Shown here: positions 60,413 through 64,000 of the stretch, in pieces
Layout: each line of letters begins with the position of its first letter
How positions within the stretch are numbered: position 1 is the stretch's first letter
Assembly: GCA_001662655.1 (NCBI GenBank)
Contig: KV460246.1
DNA from: Pseudogymnoascus verrucosus
Taxonomy: Eukaryota
Direction: 5' to 3' (one strand)
DNA length: 64,000 nucleotides
Position numbers and translations under genes: made by a program
The notes under the pieces: generated by a model
Databases searched by the model: none
Seen by the model: only the letters and a program-made list of their open reading frames with translations
What the model was told of the DNA's origin: nothing

Positions 60413-62293
60413 ATGGTGGTTCTCAACCTCCTTCTACTATGCTTCTTTTCGACTTTGGTGACCGCTTTCTATCCGTTTGTGCCGAAATACAGATGTGTTG
60501 AAGATGGAACCTGCTTGGATCTTGCGGGGCGTGAAACCCCCGCCGGTACCCTTGACGGGGCACCGCAGAGGCCAGGAATCTTCAAAATCAAGATCGAGCA
60601 AACACCTCCAACAGTATGCAACCCCAGGAAGATACCCCCCCAGGGCCAATGCTAATTGAACCAGGATGATATTCCTCACGACGTGAGGGTAGCCCGCTAC
60701 GCGGATCAGCTGGCCCGCAAAAATGCTATGAAAAGAGATAACATCTTCCTGACCAGCAAGTCAGATAAACCGACGACGCCGAAGAGTAACGCGATCGACC
60801 AGGATGGGACAGACTTCTGCTACACGACATCGATGTTTGTTGGATCGAAGAACAAGCGTCTCCGCATGCTCGTGGACACCGGCGCTGCAAACACATGGGT
60901 GATGGGGTCTACCTGCACTAACTCATCCTGCGGAATCCACGACCTCTATGGCCCAGCCGACTCGGATACATACAAGGCGAGTACGTCGACTTTCAGCTTG
61001 AATTATGGCACTGGAATGGTCTCGGGGCAGTATATCGAGGACACTATGGGACTTGCTGGATTCAGCTTGCCCGTCCAGTTCGGTGTGGCAAATAATGTCT
61101 CGGACGATTTCAACAACTACCCGATGGATGGCATCCTTGGCCTTTCCCGTGTTCCAAATCCAGTGATCCCGGGCTTTGTAGATACTCTGATGGAGAAGAA
61201 TCTGTTGGAGAAGAATATCTTCAGCGTCAACATATACCGAGCCTCTGACCTGGCCAACAACGGAGAGATTACATTTGGCGGCGTGGATGCCTCCAAATAC
61301 ACCGGAGAGATCACGTACACTGATATTACCGCACCTGGGGCCTCATGGGTCATTCCTGTCGGCGAAGCTGGCTTCAATGGGAAGGATTCAGGACTCAAAG
61401 GCAGGAATGCTATTATCGACACGGGAACGACCTATTGCTTCATCCCCCCATCGGATGCGGCGCTATTTTACGCCAACGTAGCTGGTGCTAATGTTAGCGA
61501 GGACGGGACCTCTTACGGCGTGCCTTGCACAACCACGATACCAGCCGAGTTTACGTTCTCGGGCGTCACGTATTCTATTCCCTCGAAGGACTGGATTGGT
61601 GGCAAGGTGGGCGGTGTGGAGACACAGACCATGTGTACGAGTAATATCTACTCTCGCAACACTACCGAGGACGGGAGTTGGGTGCTGGGTGATACTTTCT
61701 TGAAGAGTGTCTACGCGGTGTTTGACCTGGACCAGAACCGCATTGGTTAGTTGTGCGATTCCACATATATGTGTCCCATGCTAATATTTACCAGGGCTTG
61801 CTTCCAAACCCGTTGTAGTTACGCCGCCAACACCAGTGTCGTCACTAGGTAAGACCACCCCTTCTTTATCCCCAAGCTCCTTTCCATCCTCTGTCCAGTC
61901 TTTGTCTTTGTCTCGTACTAGGGCAATTTCTGACAAGACTCTTTCTCAGCGGCCACCACGAAGACCGCATCTCCATCTCCCACTACCCCACCGGGAACAT
62001 CCCCACCTGACATTTCCACATCTAACTCTCCCTCTCCTATAGCATCAGGCTCTGCCGCTCAAAGCCCAACCGGTGGCCCTGTCGCCACAATGACCACCGG
62101 TTCTCAGGGATTCAATGCCATCGCTGGCTCTTCCAGCGCTCCCACGGGATCAGCTGCGAACCCCACCTCCCCGGACGCTGAGGCACAGTCACAGACGAAA
62201 GACTCGTCGGCTTCTTCCTTACTCGGCACACACTTCACCCTCTATATTGCCGCACTCATCGCCACCACCGCTGCTGCCGTCACGGTCTTCTAG
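60413..62293 (+). CDS. Pepsin-like (A1) aspartic endopeptidase, probably GPI-anchored (CtsD-like), 4 exons
   Basis: Signal peptide; two catalytic motifs LVDTGAA and IIDTGTT; DGILGL; LGDTFLK; S/T linker and hydrophobic C-terminus. Confidence 0.92.
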
Positions 62294-63129
62294 ATGGCCC
62301 CGCGACATCATATTTCTAGCCGCTCAACTCTCTTTCCGAGCTGGCATCACTCATTTTGTACTTAGCGTGTTCTGTTGTTCTTTTTTTCTTCTGCATTTTT
62401 GCATCATTCATCACACTACGACGAGATAGCTGGGACTCTCTTGGGGATCGTGCAACGTACACAGGCCGCGGTGGATGGAGGCGGGGCTGTGTGGGAGGCG
62501 GGGGGTTACTGGGGGATAGGATACATTCTTGCATTGGCAATGCATTTTGTTTGAGAGGTGGAGAGGGGGGATGATTGTAATAGGGGACGGAACTGCATAT
62601 ATTCATGGCCGGCTGTACATATACATACACTGCATTGTCCGTTTTTAAGGGACGGACTGATACATATTGGAGGGGGGTGCGCCGCGTTGGGAGGGGCGGC
62701 GCTGGTAATGGAAACATATTTGAAGTGGTTTTATAGTTTTTGTGCCGTGCTTATCTTTTATTGTCTCCATGTGAAGAATTTACAGCGCCTTGAGGAATGT
62801 ACTAAGTAGATACCAGTATTTCCCTGTACTTGCTCCATTCACATCTAATCTATCACCAAATTCACGCATTCAACAAAGTGAGACGTCAAGTTTTTAACGC
62901 CATGATATGATGGCAAAATTCATTCATATTCCCTCACGCCATAGCTAACTAGCTTTTTACAAACAAAAGAAGCACCCAGTAACACCCAGCAACCTTCCCT
63001 CTCTCTATCACAGCCATCCATACAATTGAGTCCTTCAGTACAAAAATATGGTATTCGCCCAATGATGTAGCTGTAGCTGTGATGTGAAGCAACACAACAG
63101 AGGTTTCGTATAGCAATAGCGAGACAAAA

Positions 63130-64000
63130 TTAAGCCTTGGACTTCTTCGCTCTCTTAGCTGGCTTCTCGGCGACAGCCTTCTCCTCTACGACGGGGGCGG
63201 CAGCGGCTTTCTTGGCCTTGGTAGGCTTCGCAGCGACGACGACGGGCTCCTCGACGACCTTCTTCTCGGCAGCGGCTCTCTTGGGTCTAGTAGCCTTCTC
63301 GACGACTGGCTTCTCGACGACAGCAGGAGCGGCGGCGGCAGCCTTCAAGTCACCAGTAGAAGCCTTGCCCTTAACCTTCTTCTGCTTCTTCTTGCTTGGC
63401 TCCTCGGTCTCGACGGCTTCGGCTTTGCGCTTAGACTCCTTGACCGGCTCGACTGGCTTAACGACCTCAACAGGCTTAGGCTCCTCAACCACGACCTCCT
63501 CCGCAGCCTCGACCTCGGGCTCGGCCTCAACCACGACCTTCTGACGCGGAGTCTTCGGGACGCCCTTCGCGGACTTGAGAGCGGGAGCTTCGAATTCATA
63601 TCCGATCGCCTTCAACTTCTCCTTCTTCTCCTCTCTCCTCTTCGTCTCCTTCGCATTGCGCTTCTCCCATCCCGCCTCATCGAGTCCGGCGTTCAACTTG
63701 CGCCCCTCCATCTTATTCCATGGCACCTTCTTGAAGCGTTTATTCGCTCCCTCCCACAGACTAGCATGGACCTGCTCCTCCGGCACGACCTTGCACTTGA
63801 GGATATGCTTGAAAAGCAGGTAATTATCCATCGTCTTGCTGACGATCTCCGCCACGTCAGCGGACGCGAATTGCACGAAGGCGTAGTGCTTGCTGTTTCC
63901 CGTCTTGCGATTGCGCGACAGGCGCAGCTGCGTGATGTCGCCGAACTGCTTGAAGTATTGGCGCATCTCGTGCTCGTAGAAGCCGTGGGGGATGCGGCCT
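63130..64000 (-). CDS. NOP15: RRM ribosome biogenesis protein Nop15/NIFK; 5' end outside the window
   Basis: GRIPHGFYEHEMRQYFKQFG, RLSRNRKTGNSKHYAFVQF, TMDNYLLF, FKKVPW; K/E-rich tail. Confidence 0.93.
   Translation of the reverse strand, partial: GRIPHGFYEHEMRQYFKQFGDITQLRLSRNRKTGNSKHYAFVQFASADVAEIVSKTMDNYLLFKHILKCKVVPEEQVHASLWEGANKRFKKVPWNKMEGRKLNAGLDEAGWEKRNAKETKRREEKKEKLKAIGYEFEAPALKSAKGVPKTPRQKVVVEAEPEVEAAEEVVVEEPKPVEVVKPVEPVKESKRKAEAVETEEPSKKKQKKVKGKASTGDLKAAAAAPAVVEKPVVEKATRPKRAAAEKKVVEEPVVVAAKPTKAKKAAAAPVVEEKAVAEKPAKRAKKSKA

Overview
Eukaryotic DNA from a filamentous ascomycete, with intron-containing genes (GT..AG, CTAAC-type branch sites). A Leotiomycete such as Pseudogymnoascus is my impression only. 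The first ~41 kb is accessory-type DNA built from small nutrient-scavenging clusters: (1) Zn2Cys6 regulator + alpha-glucoside permease + intronless GH31; (2) a class IV-like sirtuin next to a RIP-mutated TGT..ACA integrase DNA transposon (Ginger-like, 96-bp TIRs, CATA target-site duplication); (3) the most notable feature, a five-gene putative organophosphonate (C-P bond) catabolism cluster of Zn2Cys6 regulator, PhnY*-like Fe/2OG dioxygenase, PhnZ-like HD oxygenase, phosphonoacetate hydrolase PhnA and Pho84-family transporter, with CACGTG boxes in its promoters; (4) a secreted stand-alone SH3b-like peptide, an AA9 LPMO and a bacterial-type DyP bracketed by a direct repeat; (5) Zn2Cys6 regulator + sugar porter + peroxisomal fructosyl-amino-acid/sarcosine oxidase. 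The last ~22 kb is mostly conserved core genes (ureG, KRE6/SKN1, tRNA-Ala, GET1, PTAR1-like, GPI-anchored aspartic protease, NOP15). Exon boundaries were read by eye and family calls rest on recognised motifs, not database searches.
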